In this document: positions 9,371 to 18,913 of the stretch, piece after piece
Numbering within the stretch: position 1 is the first letter of the stretch
How the letters are laid out: the number at the start of each line of letters is the position of its first letter
Virus record (IMG/VR): IMGVR_UViG_3300031251_000003
Coordinates: 1-64,000 of that record
Direction: 5' to 3' (one strand)
From: a virus
DNA: 64,000 bases
The notes under the pieces: model-generated
What the model was told of the DNA's origin: nothing
Seen by the model: only the letters and a program-made list of their open reading frames with translations
Databases searched by the model: none
Made by a program: the position numbers and the translations under genes

Positions 9371-12300
9371 TGCCAGCTTCGATTCTTCCTATCCTTGTTC
9401 AAGATCGAAGACCAAGGATAGTTCCCGCAACCATCAACGCGACAAGCACTCTTTCGGGTGCTGTTACTAAAGCGCTATTCTTCCCCAAGACTTCTGTTCT
9501 AGATCCATTCAACAGAACTGAAAACCCATTGACCGATGCAGGCCAATGGACAGTCGATATCGGAGGAATTGCTGGTGGTACCCCTCAGTGTGCCTCTGGC
9601 GTGGGTTGGAATGGTTCAGCAAAATGGAATCCGACTCAATGGCAGGCTGTCGAAGCATGGTCTAAAACTATTCCAGGGATGAGTAGTTTTACAAACACTA
9701 TCTATGCACGAATGTCGGGATCAAATAATTCCAATCTATGCGGATATGCTGTTCGTTATTCCGGGAATGGGTCACTTGTCCTTCTGCGTACTGACAACGG
9801 TACAGACACAACTCTTGCTTCTCTCCCTGCCGCAACATTTACATGGGGAACTGATGGTCTTAATGGTGTTGGTATTCGAGTCTATGGTTCAAATATTGAA
9901 GCATGGGTTGATGGAGTAAAGAAACTTTCGGCCACTGATAGCACATACTCTGCCGCTGGGTACGTTGCTTTTGATACCAATGGAACAGGAACCAGTAATG
10001 GTCTGAATACCTTTGGTGGTGGAGAATATATTGGTTCTATTCCCATCCCTGGTGCTTCGAACATCGCGGCTACTAGCACCCTTTCGGGTACGGTTGTAAG
10101 ACCACGTACATTCCCGACTGTTAGCGTTGTTGACATCTTTCATGATACTTCATCTCCAAGGAATCTGTCAACCTATGATGGTACCAATTGGGGTGCACTG
10201 CCGGGTGAGTTTAATGAAGCTCAGACGACTAGTGGCGTGGATTCAGCAGGAGCTACCAGTCCTAACTCCGGTGGTAACTACCGTAAGATTCTCTCTGCTG
10301 CTGATCTTGAAGTGTATGCGACTATGGCAGCCGCAAATACAAGTGGTGCTAATTATCTCTTTGCCCGACTCACTAATCCATCAGGGGCAATAACTGCATA
10401 TAGATTGCGTATTCTCGGTGGATCAACATGGGATTTATACGCAGAAGTTGCTGGAACTATAGGTAGCTCAATTGCAAATGTATCACAATCTGTTGCGGCA
10501 GGCGATGCAATTGGTATGTCTGTCATCGGCTCGTTGATCTCTCTCTATTACAAGTCATCGGGTGGATCTTGGACTCTGCTTACGTCAGTGATAAACACGA
10601 CAATCACAGGCGCTGGAACCACTGGTATTGGTTTCAATTCAAGCACAGCCGGTAAATACACAAGTTTTGGTACAGGACAGTCAGTAGCAATAGCTTCGAT
10701 TATTCCGAGCACGATCAGTGCTACTGGTACAGTTTCAGGTAAAGTAACTAAGCTTGCTAGAGTCGCTCCTGCTACAATTTCTGCAACCTCTACGATGTCC
10801 GGTACAGTTACTGCACAGAAGAGGATAGTACCAGCCCAGATAAGTGCTACGAGTACCATCAGCGGGCTTGTAACCGCTTCCAGAGCTATCAGACCGACTA
10901 CCATCAATGCGACAAGTACTGTTTCGGGTAGGGTTAACAAACTTGCCCGAATTTCAGGTAGTATTTCTGCTACTTCGACAGTTAGTGGCAGCGTCGTCGC
11001 TCTTAGACGGATTGCACCGGGAACGATCAACGCGACTTCTACAGTAAGCGGCTATGTTGGCAGGATATTCAAGTTCATTGGCATCGGGACGATCAATGCG
11101 ACCTCTACGGTAACAGGCTATGTTAGTAAGATTTTCAAGTTTACTGGCGTTGGTTCTATAGGAGCAACCTCCATCGTCTCAGGTAGAGTTAACAGGCTCG
11201 CGAAGATAACCGGTTCAATTTCTGCAACTTCTACCGTGACAGGTAGTATCGTTGCAGGACGAGCTATCCGATCTGGGCAAATCAATGCTACAAGCACTGT
11301 AACGGGTAATGTCGTTGTGCTCAAGCTTATAAAGCCTGCCGCAACTGTAAATGCTACTTCTACTCTTTCAGGTCTGGTCACGTCACTACGAGCGATCAGA
11401 CCTACGACTATCTCGGCTACATCTACTGTGTCAGGATCAATTGGTCGCCTACGACCAATAGTTCCTACTCAGATCTCAGCTACATCGACTGTATCGGGTA
11501 AGGTTGTAGCTCTTCGAAGAGTTCTTCCTACTCAAATTTCAGCTACTTCGACAGTATCAGGCTCAGTTGTAGCTTTCAGAAGGATTCTTCCGGCCCAGGT
11601 CAGTGCTACAAGCACGGTTAGTGGTTATGTTGGCAGGATTTTCAAGTTCGTCGTAGCACAGATCTCAGCGACTTCTACGGTCAGTGGTAAGGTGATTGTA
11701 TTCCACCTTATCAGTCCAATCTCTAGTATCTCGGCTACCTCCACTTTGAGCGGTAAGGTTATAACCCTGCACCGCATCGGTGGTACGATCAATGCCACAG
11801 CTACAGTCAGCGGTAATGTAACCAAGCTAGCTCATATTACTTCTGGGACTATCAGCGCAACAAGCACTGTTAGCGGTACAGTAACAACCCATCCAGTAGT
11901 TATCTTCACCGCACTCAACATTGCTGCTACTTCAACTCTCAGTGGTGCAATTCGGGTAGCTAGGACTATTGTACCGACGACGATCAATGCTGCTGCGACT
12001 GTAAGCGGGAAGGTGACTGCTCTTCGAGCTATCTTCTTTCAGCAGATTTCTGCAATCTCTACTCTTTCAGGAGCTATCAGAGTATTCCGAGCCATACTAC
12101 CGACAAACATCTCAGCTACTTCTACGGTGAGTGGTAAGATCCAGGCTCTTCGAAGATTGGTTATAGCCCAGATCAGTGCATTTGCTACAGTGAGCGGAGC
12201 TTTAACGGCTCTACGTCGTATCATACCTACTCAGATCTCTGCAACCTCGACTGTTTCGGGTAAGGTCGTAGCGATCAGAGCAATCAAGCCGACCACCATC

Positions 12301-12726
12301 TCGGCTACTTCAACGGTCGGCGGCTCGATCAAGATGAGTAGAGGAATTCTACCTACTCAGATCTCTGCAACAGCTAGTGTTTCGGGTAGAGTAGCAGTAC
12401 GTCGAGCTATCTTCCCGGCTATCATTCAAGCATTCAGTACCTTAGCCGGTGTCGTTCGTCGTCCTATTGCTGGGCATATCCAGGCTATCAGTACAATCTC
12501 AGGTCAGGTTTCAAGACTCGTTATTACCTCAGTGGCACAAGCCGTATTCATCGGTGGTACCATTACTGTACATACAGAAATTACACGAGGGATCAATATG
12601 GGTGGTAGAAAGGGTGGGTACCTCATCGATCATGTTCTCTACCCAATTAAGAAGATTGGTATCAAACAGTATCAATCCAGAACTAGCCTTGATCTTCCAT
12701 TGAGTGACACTCACATTAAGAAGTAG
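9370..12726 (+). CDS. long fibre protein: two lectin-like beta domains plus ~31 copies of a ~21-aa ISATSTVSG repeat
   Basis: Repeats counted directly; N-terminal domains have a ConA-like pattern (GIRVYGSNIEAWVDG...DSTYSAAGYVAF). Confidence 0.8.
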   Translation: MPASILPILVQDRRPRIVPATINATSTLSGAVTKALFFPKTSVLDPFNRTENPLTDAGQWTVDIGGIAGGTPQCASGVGWNGSAKWNPTQWQAVEAWSKTIPGMSSFTNTIYARMSGSNNSNLCGYAVRYSGNGSLVLLRTDNGTDTTLASLPAATFTWGTDGLNGVGIRVYGSNIEAWVDGVKKLSATDSTYSAAGYVAFDTNGTGTSNGLNTFGGGEYIGSIPIPGASNIAATSTLSGTVVRPRTFPTVSVVDIFHDTSSPRNLSTYDGTNWGALPGEFNEAQTTSGVDSAGATSPNSGGNYRKILSAADLEVYATMAAANTSGANYLFARLTNPSGAITAYRLRILGGSTWDLYAEVAGTIGSSIANVSQSVAAGDAIGMSVIGSLISLYYKSSGGSWTLLTSVINTTITGAGTTGIGFNSSTAGKYTSFGTGQSVAIASIIPSTISATGTVSGKVTKLARVAPATISATSTMSGTVTAQKRIVPAQISATSTISGLVTASRAIRPTTINATSTVSGRVNKLARISGSISATSTVSGSVVALRRIAPGTINATSTVSGYVGRIFKFIGIGTINATSTVTGYVSKIFKFTGVGSIGATSIVSGRVNRLAKITGSISATSTVTGSIVAGRAIRSGQINATSTVTGNVVVLKLIKPAATVNATSTLSGLVTSLRAIRPTTISATSTVSGSIGRLRPIVPTQISATSTVSGKVVALRRVLPTQISATSTVSGSVVAFRRILPAQVSATSTVSGYVGRIFKFVVAQISATSTVSGKVIVFHLISPISSISATSTLSGKVITLHRIGGTINATATVSGNVTKLAHITSGTISATSTVSGTVTTHPVVIFTALNIAATSTLSGAIRVARTIVPTTINAAATVSGKVTALRAIFFQQISAISTLSGAIRVFRAILPTNISATSTVSGKIQALRRLVIAQISAFATVSGALTALRRIIPTQISATSTVSGKVVAIRAIKPTTISATSTVGGSIKMSRGILPTQISATASVSGRVAVRRAIFPAIIQAFSTLAGVVRRPIAGHIQAISTISGQVSRLVITSVAQAVFIGGTITVHTEITRGINMGGRKGGYLIDHVLYPIKKIGIKQYQSRTSLDLPLSDTHIKK
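10714..12510 (+). repeat. coding tandem repeat, ~29 x ~63 bp (I-S/N-A-T-S-T-V-S-G-x-V...)
   Basis: Protein-level repeat, degenerate at DNA level. Confidence 0.9.
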
Positions 12727-12777
12727 TAAGAAACTCTCTACTAATAGATAGAGTGTTCTAACATATAGGAGAGAAAG

Positions 12778-12984
12778 TTGAGTAATAACAGAAGTGAACG
12801 TTTAGGGATGCGGGTTAACCCGGAAGATAAGAAACGATGGAAGCAAGCAGCTTCGCATCAGAATTCTTCCCTATCGATGTGGATCGAGACAGTGTTGAAT
12901 ATCCTGTCAGATCAGATCCTTGGCCCACGTCCACCACAGGCTCCTAAGGGTCAGCTACAGATAGGTGAAAATGAAAATGACTAG
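12778..12984 (+). CDS. ribbon-helix-helix DNA-binding protein
   Basis: RSERLGMRVNPEDKKRWKQAA...SLSMWI pattern; AGGAG SD before TTG. Confidence 0.7.
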   Translation: MSNNRSERLGMRVNPEDKKRWKQAASHQNSSLSMWIETVLNILSDQILGPRPPQAPKGQLQIGENEND

Positions 12985-13162
12985 ATCAATTGAGTTTGAG
13001 TGTGATTGGTGTCACGCTACGATCCATATGGATGAAGCCGTCAATGAGGATCCGTTAGAGATGGGGTGGATTTCTGTTGAGATGTATGATACAATAAAGG
13101 ACGAGCCGGTTACTTACGACTTTTGCTCACGAGATTGTGTCCTATCACACTTCATGGAATAG
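12965..13162 (+). CDS. small zinc-binding protein (CDxC...DFCSxxC)
   Basis: ECDWC...GW...DFCSRDC; true start may be a few codons downstream. Confidence 0.65.
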   Translation: MKMKMTRSIEFECDWCHATIHMDEAVNEDPLEMGWISVEMYDTIKDEPVTYDFCSRDCVLSHFME

Positions 13163-13208
13163 TCTTCAATCGAAGTTAGGTGTTGAGGTAGATTATAACG
13201 ATATTACC

Positions 13209-13237
13209 TCGACACACGACGCAATTTCTGCTATACT
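13209..13237 (+). promoter_or_regulatory. sigma-A-type promoter TCGACA-N17-TATACT (TG-extended -10)
   Basis: Followed by GGAAGGAG SD and ATG 13260. Confidence 0.6.
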
Positions 13238-13406
13238 TACAAAAACGGGAAGGAGCAACATGAACGACCAGGAGATTGGAGCTAAGGGGAATGAGCGGAT
13301 TGGGTCGATCAAGAACGTCATCGATGCCCAAGGCAATACCTCGATCTTCCGTAAGCAGAACAATGGTCGTTGGGCGCTCCTGGATAGCATGGCTGACAAA
13401 TACGAC

Positions 13407-13435
13407 TTGACAGACACTGAGAAAGGTGATATACT
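13407..13435 (+). promoter_or_regulatory. sigma-A-type promoter TTGACA-N17-TATACT, leaderless
   Basis: Consensus -35, TG-extended -10, ATG 7 nt downstream at 13443. Confidence 0.8.
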
Positions 13436-13442
13436 TAGTCCT

Positions 13443-14699
13443 ATGGAAACCGAGAAGAACACTTCAACCACTTCACTCATCCCGAACGCTGAGGCGTATC
13501 TGGATAACAACCTGAATGTCCTTCTTGTCGCCCTTCACGGTGTCGGCAAGACCGTCTCTATCGTTGAGCTTGCTCGCCAGCGTGGGATGAACTTCAAGTA
13601 CTACTCCTGTTCAACCCTCGACCCGTACACCGACCTTGTTGGTGTGCCTACGCCTCGTGACTACTGCCCCGAGTGCAAGCTGTACTTCAAGGATCAGGTC
13701 AAGTGCCCCGACTGTGGTGGCAAGACCGTCGAGTCCCTGAAGATGGTTCGCCCGCGTGAGGTCGATGAGGCTGAGATCATCTTCTTCGATGAGTTCAACC
13801 GCGCAGACTCGAAGACCCAGAACGCTCTCTTCGAGATCATGCAGTTCAAGTCGATCAACGGCGACCCGCTTCCGAATCTCAAGGCTTGCTGGGCAGCAAT
13901 CAACCCGCAGGACGATGAGCAGAACTATCAGGTCGAGCCGATGGATCCGGCTCTGCTTGACCGGTTTGATCTCTACATCGAGATCACTCCGAAGCCGTCT
14001 GTCGCTTACATGGCGACTCATATGCCCCGGCCTATCGCTGCTGCCCTCAAGGTCTTCTGGGATCAGCATCAGGAGGCAATCAAGTCGGGTGCAAAGGATT
14101 CGCACTCGGATTACATCTCTCCGCGTCGTCTTGAGAAGATCGGCCTGGTGTGGTGCGCGACCAAGAACACTCGTTCAGTCAGTGCAGCACTGCCGATGGG
14201 TGGTAACTTCGAGAAGCGCAAGCTGATCGACCTTCTCAAGCAGGCTCAGAAGGAAGTCGATAAGGATAACGGTCTGATCGATCCGACTCCTTACGACGAC
14301 GAAGACGAGATCACGCCTGACGGATCTGGCCTGGGTGATCGCCCTGCATCGCAGTTCACCTACCGGCTCGCCAACATGAGGCTTCAGCAGAACGAGCTTG
14401 CTGATTACCTTGAGCAGAATCCGCTTCACGCACCGACTCACGAGAAGGTCGTAGAGCAGCTTCGCCAGGGTGTCGGTGGAGAGGAAATGGTTCTCAAGTA
14501 TGGCAAGATCCTCAATGCTCTGAACCCTGCAAGCCTAGAGGCACTGGTTGTCGGATTCCCGCAGGCCAAGGTCAACGAGATGAGGAAGGGCTTCATTCGC
14601 CTCAACACCGATGATCAGCCGCTCGCTAAGGGTCTGAAGCGTCTCCACAAGGTTCTGGACAATGGGAACCAGCTTCCTAACTGGCCCAGCACGATCTAA
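13443..14699 (+). CDS. MoxR-like AAA+ ATPase with zinc-ribbon insertion (alternative in-frame start 13260)
   Basis: Walker A ALHGVGKT, Walker B IIFFDEFNRA, AINP, DPALLDRF; CPEC...CPDC insert. Confidence 0.88.
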   Translation: METEKNTSTTSLIPNAEAYLDNNLNVLLVALHGVGKTVSIVELARQRGMNFKYYSCSTLDPYTDLVGVPTPRDYCPECKLYFKDQVKCPDCGGKTVESLKMVRPREVDEAEIIFFDEFNRADSKTQNALFEIMQFKSINGDPLPNLKACWAAINPQDDEQNYQVEPMDPALLDRFDLYIEITPKPSVAYMATHMPRPIAAALKVFWDQHQEAIKSGAKDSHSDYISPRRLEKIGLVWCATKNTRSVSAALPMGGNFEKRKLIDLLKQAQKEVDKDNGLIDPTPYDDEDEITPDGSGLGDRPASQFTYRLANMRLQQNELADYLEQNPLHAPTHEKVVEQLRQGVGGEEMVLKYGKILNALNPASLEALVVGFPQAKVNEMRKGFIRLNTDDQPLAKGLKRLHKVLDNGNQLPNWPSTI

Positions 14700-14713
14700 G
14701 AACCCCTCCGGAT

Positions 14714-14750
14714 GGGGAGGTAGGGAAACCTACCTCCCCCTTCTTGATTT
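14714..14750 (+). terminator. intrinsic terminator hairpin GGGGAGGTAGG-GAAA-CCTACCTCCCC
   Basis: Perfect 11-bp stem, GAAA loop, pyrimidine/T-rich tail, just after the AAA stop. Confidence 0.75.
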
Positions 14751-14772
14751 CTCTCTGTACTTCTGATATAAT
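14744..14772 (+). promoter_or_regulatory. sigma-A-type promoter TTGATT-N17-TATAAT
   Basis: TG-extended -10; ATG 6 nt downstream. Confidence 0.7.
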
Positions 14773-14778
14773 AGGAGC

Positions 14779-16299
14779 ATGATGAAAAACCAGGATCTCA
14801 CGAAGCATTACAAGTCGGCCATGGATTACCTTGACCGGAACTATGCTTACTTCCTCACAAACGTCATTCGGATCGGTCATCCTAAGTGGACAAAGGCGAT
14901 CCCCACCGCAGCCGTTGCGCTACTTCAGGAGCAGGGTAAGCTCCCGCAGGCACAGGTGAGTGACCAGATCGATTTCGAGTTCATCTTCAACCCCGATTTC
15001 GCTGAGTCTCTTGATGTCAAGTCGATGGGCTTCGTTCTTGCTCACGAGACGATGCACATCGTTCTCAACCATCTCAAGCTCGTCAGCAACTTCATCGACA
15101 AGGATCGCTACAACGAGATCCGTGCTAAGATCGAGAAGGGCGAGCGCCTGACTAAGGGCGAGATTCGCGACTCAATCAAGATGCAGCAGACAGCCGCTAA
15201 ATTCAACATCGCGGCAGACTGTGTTATCAACGACTACCTGGCTCAGGCCGGTCTGGATGTCTGGAAGGATGCTTGCCGTGGACAGATGTTCATCGGTGAG
15301 GATGCCGCATTCCTGACCGTCACTGATGTCTTCGAGCGGCTTCCTGATAAGCCGCAGCAGGATCAGGATGACGACGATGGCGATGAAGTTGCTGACGGGG
15401 ATAGTGATGGAGAGGGCAAGGCTCGTGGTCTTGGCTCAGAGGATGGTCGTGGATCCGGTGCTGTCGATGGTCACGGCTGGATGTTCGATCCTGACTTCGC
15501 AGACAAGATCGCTGACGCCATCGACAAGATGAACGATGAGATCGAGAAGAAGGATAGCATCCCGGCTGACCTTCAGGATAAGCGTGTGGAAGAGAACGGT
15601 GGACAGACCGCCGCTCAGCAGGCTCTCAACCAGTCCATGCGGGCAGGTTCCGAAGAGGGTAACATGCGCCAGTTCACCGAAGTCAATGGACTGAATCTCG
15701 CTTGGGTCAAGCTGCTCAAGGAAGTCGATCCCAATATGTTTAAGGAGCCGGGTCTTGCACCACCGCCTCGTCCTGCTTGGCACAAGCGGCCTCGCAAGCT
15801 TGGAGCAGCAGCATTCGGTGACCTGAACCTCCCGGTCTACCAGAAGGATGTTCGCCGTGAGAAGCGGTCGAACGAGAAGCCCGCAATCGTGATGGCCCTC
15901 GACTACTCCGGTAGCATCGGCCCGCATGACGCCGATAGGTTCGCTACTCTGGCACGGTCGATCCCCACGGAGCGGATCAAGCTCTTCTGCTGCACCTTCA
16001 CCACCAGCTATAAGGTCTTCGATCCCGAGAACCCGCATGGTGGCGGTGGAGGCGGAACCAACTTCGATCCTATTGCAGACTTCATCAGTAAGGAAGTCGA
16101 GCCGCAACTCAAGGGTAAGTACCCCACCGCTGTCATCGTCATCACCGATGGTGAGGCACCGATGAGTAAGACCCCGACTGAGGATCAGGCTAAGGGTTGG
16201 CTGTGGCTCATCTCTCCGGTCGATAGAGCAGGTTCGTACTACCCCGCTTCTAAGAACATCGGGCGTCGGGCAATGCTGACCGAGTACATCGCTTCGTGA
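14779..16299 (+). CDS. HExxH metallopeptidase-like + VWA domain protein (DUF2201-type MoxR partner)
   Basis: LAHETMH, NIAADCVIN, acidic linker, MIDAS DYSGS, GGGTNF, VITDG. Confidence 0.88.
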   Translation: MMKNQDLTKHYKSAMDYLDRNYAYFLTNVIRIGHPKWTKAIPTAAVALLQEQGKLPQAQVSDQIDFEFIFNPDFAESLDVKSMGFVLAHETMHIVLNHLKLVSNFIDKDRYNEIRAKIEKGERLTKGEIRDSIKMQQTAAKFNIAADCVINDYLAQAGLDVWKDACRGQMFIGEDAAFLTVTDVFERLPDKPQQDQDDDDGDEVADGDSDGEGKARGLGSEDGRGSGAVDGHGWMFDPDFADKIADAIDKMNDEIEKKDSIPADLQDKRVEENGGQTAAQQALNQSMRAGSEEGNMRQFTEVNGLNLAWVKLLKEVDPNMFKEPGLAPPPRPAWHKRPRKLGAAAFGDLNLPVYQKDVRREKRSNEKPAIVMALDYSGSIGPHDADRFATLARSIPTERIKLFCCTFTTSYKVFDPENPHGGGGGGTNFDPIADFISKEVEPQLKGKYPTAVIVITDGEAPMSKTPTEDQAKGWLWLISPVDRAGSYYPASKNIGRRAMLTEYIAS

Positions 16300-16322
16300 G
16301 ATGACTTACCTGGGCCTAGAAC

Positions 16323-16520
16323 ATGCATTGCGGCAGGAGATTGGTTCTATCAAACATGATATCGAGCATGTGGAAGATTACTCTTGAGAAGTGTCAGACT
16401 GAAAGAGAAAATCTTGACAACAAAGAACACGCTCACCTGAAGAATCTGCTAGATTTAGAGTCTGCTCTAGCTGAATGTGAAGAGGCGCTAGAACCATTCA
16501 AAGATAAGGAAGAGAATTAA
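16323..16520 (+). CDS. hypothetical protein (start uncertain)
   Basis: ORF track only. Confidence 0.4.
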   Translation: MHCGRRLVLSNMISSMWKITLEKCQTERENLDNKEHAHLKNLLDLESALAECEEALEPFKDKEEN

Positions 16521-16546
16521 ATAAAACTGAACACGGAGAGGTTGAT

Positions 16547-16798
16547 ATGTCAGAGACAGAGATCAGAAAGATAGCCAATGTAGAGTTCGACGCTGAAGAG
16601 CAGAAAGCCAACAGTGCGCTCATTGAAGCGATGCAGATCATCATCCATGATTGGAACCTCTACGAGGGTAATCGTTCCGAAGTAGCGGCGGCTATTCATA
16701 CTCTTCAGTTGTTCATCATCCAGCACATGCTACAGCGGGTTGGAGCCAACGGCTTCAACCCTTGGTATGGAAGGGATGCTGAGGATGTTCAAACGTAA
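16547..16798 (+). CDS. hypothetical helical protein
   Basis: GAGG SD. Confidence 0.7.
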   Translation: MSETEIRKIANVEFDAEEQKANSALIEAMQIIIHDWNLYEGNRSEVAAAIHTLQLFIIQHMLQRVGANGFNPWYGRDAEDVQT

Positions 16799-17048
16799 GA
16801 AAAGATGTAGTGTCTGTGGAAATTCAAATTCTTACATCTTTAGCCCTAATGATGATGTTTGCCATCAATGCAAGTGGAATAAGATAGAATCATCTCTATT
16901 TGACGACCAGAATCAAGATTACTTCTATAACATGGGATATAAAGTTGGTCGTGGAGAACATCTTCCGATGATTAACGTTCCGACCCCTTTCAAGTCTCAG
17001 TATGAGATGGGGTTGAAGGACGGCGAAGGAGATCTATATAGCTTATGA
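16785..17048 (+). CDS. zinc ribbon + YxxGYxDG-repeat (RMF-like) protein
   Basis: CSVC...CHQC; YNMGYKVGRG...YEMGLKDGEGD. Confidence 0.7.
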   Translation: MFKRKKRCSVCGNSNSYIFSPNDDVCHQCKWNKIESSLFDDQNQDYFYNMGYKVGRGEHLPMINVPTPFKSQYEMGLKDGEGDLYSL

Positions 17049-17758
17049 GAGAACTAACACCATATGAGAAAGAGAAGTGGTTCGATGAGTACAAACGGTT
17101 TAAGATGGAGTCCTCCGATGGTGCTCCGTGGTTCCTGGGTTATGGGGACGAGCTAGGCGAAGCATTTGACGGTGCGTTGTATTGCACCGATAAAGAATCG
17201 TATGGGCTATCGGAAGAGTTCGTACTAGCGGCCCAGATCGAAGTACTGGATATGTACTATTACCAGATTCATTATTACACAGGCGAGTACGGTGGCTATG
17301 AGACACCCGAGACTCTAGGACTTCCGCCTGTGGATGACTTTATCGCCAAGGCTAAAGAATTGGGATGTGAGGATTTACGTCCTTGGGTTGAGTTCAGTGA
17401 TAACAATCGACGCTTGTGGGATTGGGCGATGGACTGGCGGGGTGAGCAGTGGCAGCGGATCGAGTCGCTGCTCGATGGCGCGAGTCTGATCGCGTCCGAG
17501 CGTCTGCGCCAGATCGAGGTCGAAGATTGGTCATCCGACCACGACGACGAACACAACGACGGTGACCTGTCGCGGGCTGCCGCCTGTTATGCCCTCGAAG
17601 AAGTTGATCGGGACGGCTTCCTTGATCTCGATGACGTGTGGCCCTGGGCGGCGAAGTGGTGGAAGCCGACCCCAGAGGATCGCGTGCGCGAACTAGTGAA
17701 GGCCGGGGCGCTGATCGCTGCCGAGATCGACCGCTTGCAGAGGAATCCCGGTGCCTGA
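17045..17758 (+). CDS. two-domain protein; C-terminal widespread phage all-alpha domain (possibly MazG-like)
   Basis: ERLRQIEVEDWSSDHDD...AAACYA...WPW...RELVKAGALIAAEIDRL. Confidence 0.7.
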   Translation: MRELTPYEKEKWFDEYKRFKMESSDGAPWFLGYGDELGEAFDGALYCTDKESYGLSEEFVLAAQIEVLDMYYYQIHYYTGEYGGYETPETLGLPPVDDFIAKAKELGCEDLRPWVEFSDNNRRLWDWAMDWRGEQWQRIESLLDGASLIASERLRQIEVEDWSSDHDDEHNDGDLSRAAACYALEEVDRDGFLDLDDVWPWAAKWWKPTPEDRVRELVKAGALIAAEIDRLQRNPGA

Positions 17759-17942
17759 CTTCTCCCGCCGAGCAACGCCCGGGGAGTCGCCGCTTATGCT
17801 CAAGTGGACATGCCAGGCGTGCGGCTGGACGACGACGGTGGCCGCACCTGGATTCGCTGGTGACGGCCGCGACCACTTTCCCGACGGTCGAACGCCTTGC
17901 GGGCCTCTGACCGCTCAGCGTGACGTGAGGTATCCGTCGTGA
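17751..17942 (+). CDS. hypothetical small protein (CxxC...H...C)
   Basis: GTG overlapping upstream stop, inside high-GC segment. Confidence 0.45.
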   Translation: MPDFSRRATPGESPLMLKWTCQACGWTTTVAAPGFAGDGRDHFPDGRTPCGPLTAQRDVRYPS

Positions 17943-18015
17943 CCGGGCTGCCCAAGAATGGCACCCCAGGGCGCGTAGACGGATGGAGAACGCGGCAACG
18001 ATCTCGCAGGATTTG

Positions 18016-18024
18016 TGGTATAAT
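18016..18024 (+). promoter_or_regulatory. extended -10 promoter TGGTATAAT, leaderless
   Basis: ATG 6 nt downstream at 18031; no SD. Confidence 0.65.
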
Positions 18025-18030
18025 AGTACA

Positions 18031-18762
18031 ATGAAGATAATTGCAACCTCTGATTTCCACGGTACTCTCCCCGAGATCCCTGAGTGTGATCTCCTGTTGA
18101 TCGGTGGAGATGTTTGTCCTGTGTGGGATCATGATCGTCAGTTCCAGGCCGATTGGCTTAGGTCTACATTCACAGAATGGATGCGGAACCAGCCTGCAAG
18201 GATGACGGTATGGATTGGAGGCAACCACGACTTCGTTCTACAGGACTGGCGGAACAATCCACGGAAGATCAAAGAACTTCCAGGGATTTACCTGGATAAC
18301 TCAATGGTTGAGATCCCTACGATCATCGACGGTGAACCCGATTACGGAAGAATGTTGAAGATCTGGGGTTCACCATATTCAAATCAGTTCGGTAATTGGG
18401 CATTTATGAAAAAGGAGCACGATCTTAGCTCTATATGGCGTAAGATCCCTCGTGACATCGATATCCTGATGGTTCACGGCCCGATGCATGGGTTGGGTGA
18501 CTTCGTTGGTGCGATGACGTGGAGTGCCGAGAAGCGTGGATGGGACAACATGGAAACCTCCGGGGTTCATACTGGCTCAACCTCCTTGTACAACCAACTC
18601 AACTATGATGAGTGGCCGAATCTGAAGCTGTTCGTCTCTGGTCATATCCATGGTGCTCACGGTAAGTATCGTCTCAAGGAAATAGACGTGCATAGCGTGG
18701 CCCACCTTGACGATCAGTACAACCCTACGAATCCATTGGTGGAGATTGACTATGCCGTTTAA
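18031..18762 (+). CDS. calcineurin-like metallophosphoesterase
   Basis: SDFHG, GGD, GNHD, VHGP, SGHIH motifs. Confidence 0.92.
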   Translation: MKIIATSDFHGTLPEIPECDLLLIGGDVCPVWDHDRQFQADWLRSTFTEWMRNQPARMTVWIGGNHDFVLQDWRNNPRKIKELPGIYLDNSMVEIPTIIDGEPDYGRMLKIWGSPYSNQFGNWAFMKKEHDLSSIWRKIPRDIDILMVHGPMHGLGDFVGAMTWSAEKRGWDNMETSGVHTGSTSLYNQLNYDEWPNLKLFVSGHIHGAHGKYRLKEIDVHSVAHLDDQYNPTNPLVEIDYAV

Positions 18763-18913
18763 AGGTTTATTCATAGGGGCAGCACTGGTCGGTGTATTAT
18801 CCGCTCTAATGGCACTAGCTCTTGGATTCAACGTCTGGTCTTGGCAGTGGTGGCTCATCTGGTTTGTTTCGACCGCGTTTTATGAACTTGGTTACTTCAT
18901 CGACAGGGACTAA
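18752..18913 (+). CDS. small membrane protein (2 TM)
   Basis: Hydrophobic MPFKGLFIGAALVG...WWLIWFV; GGAG SD. Confidence 0.65.
   Translation: MPFKGLFIGAALVGVLSALMALALGFNVWSWQWWLIWFVSTAFYELGYFIDRD

Noticed and set aside
10548-12224. Repetitive minus-strand ORFs (e.g. 10548..11030)
   Set aside because: Reverse-frame echo of the ISATSTVSG repeat.
10714-12510. ~63-bp periodicity as a possible CRISPR array
   Set aside because: Repeats are conserved as protein with synonymous variation; no fixed DNA repeat/spacer structure and no cas genes.
9370-12726. KLA/RLA tripeptides in the fibre protein as cleavage sites
   Set aside because: They fall inside the regular basic repeat spacer. They show the tripeptide also arises by chance, so only boundary-located copies are counted as evidence.
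13137-13259. ORF-track upstream start extensions (also 5310, 6020, 17983, 52444, 61829)
   Set aside because: They overlap upstream genes or run through the promoter; better-supported downstream starts exist.
13611-16107. Minus-strand ORFs 13611..14105 and 15436..16107 and Ser/Arg-rich alternative-frame ORFs
   Set aside because: Shadows of the AAA and VWA genes caused by C/G-ending codon bias.
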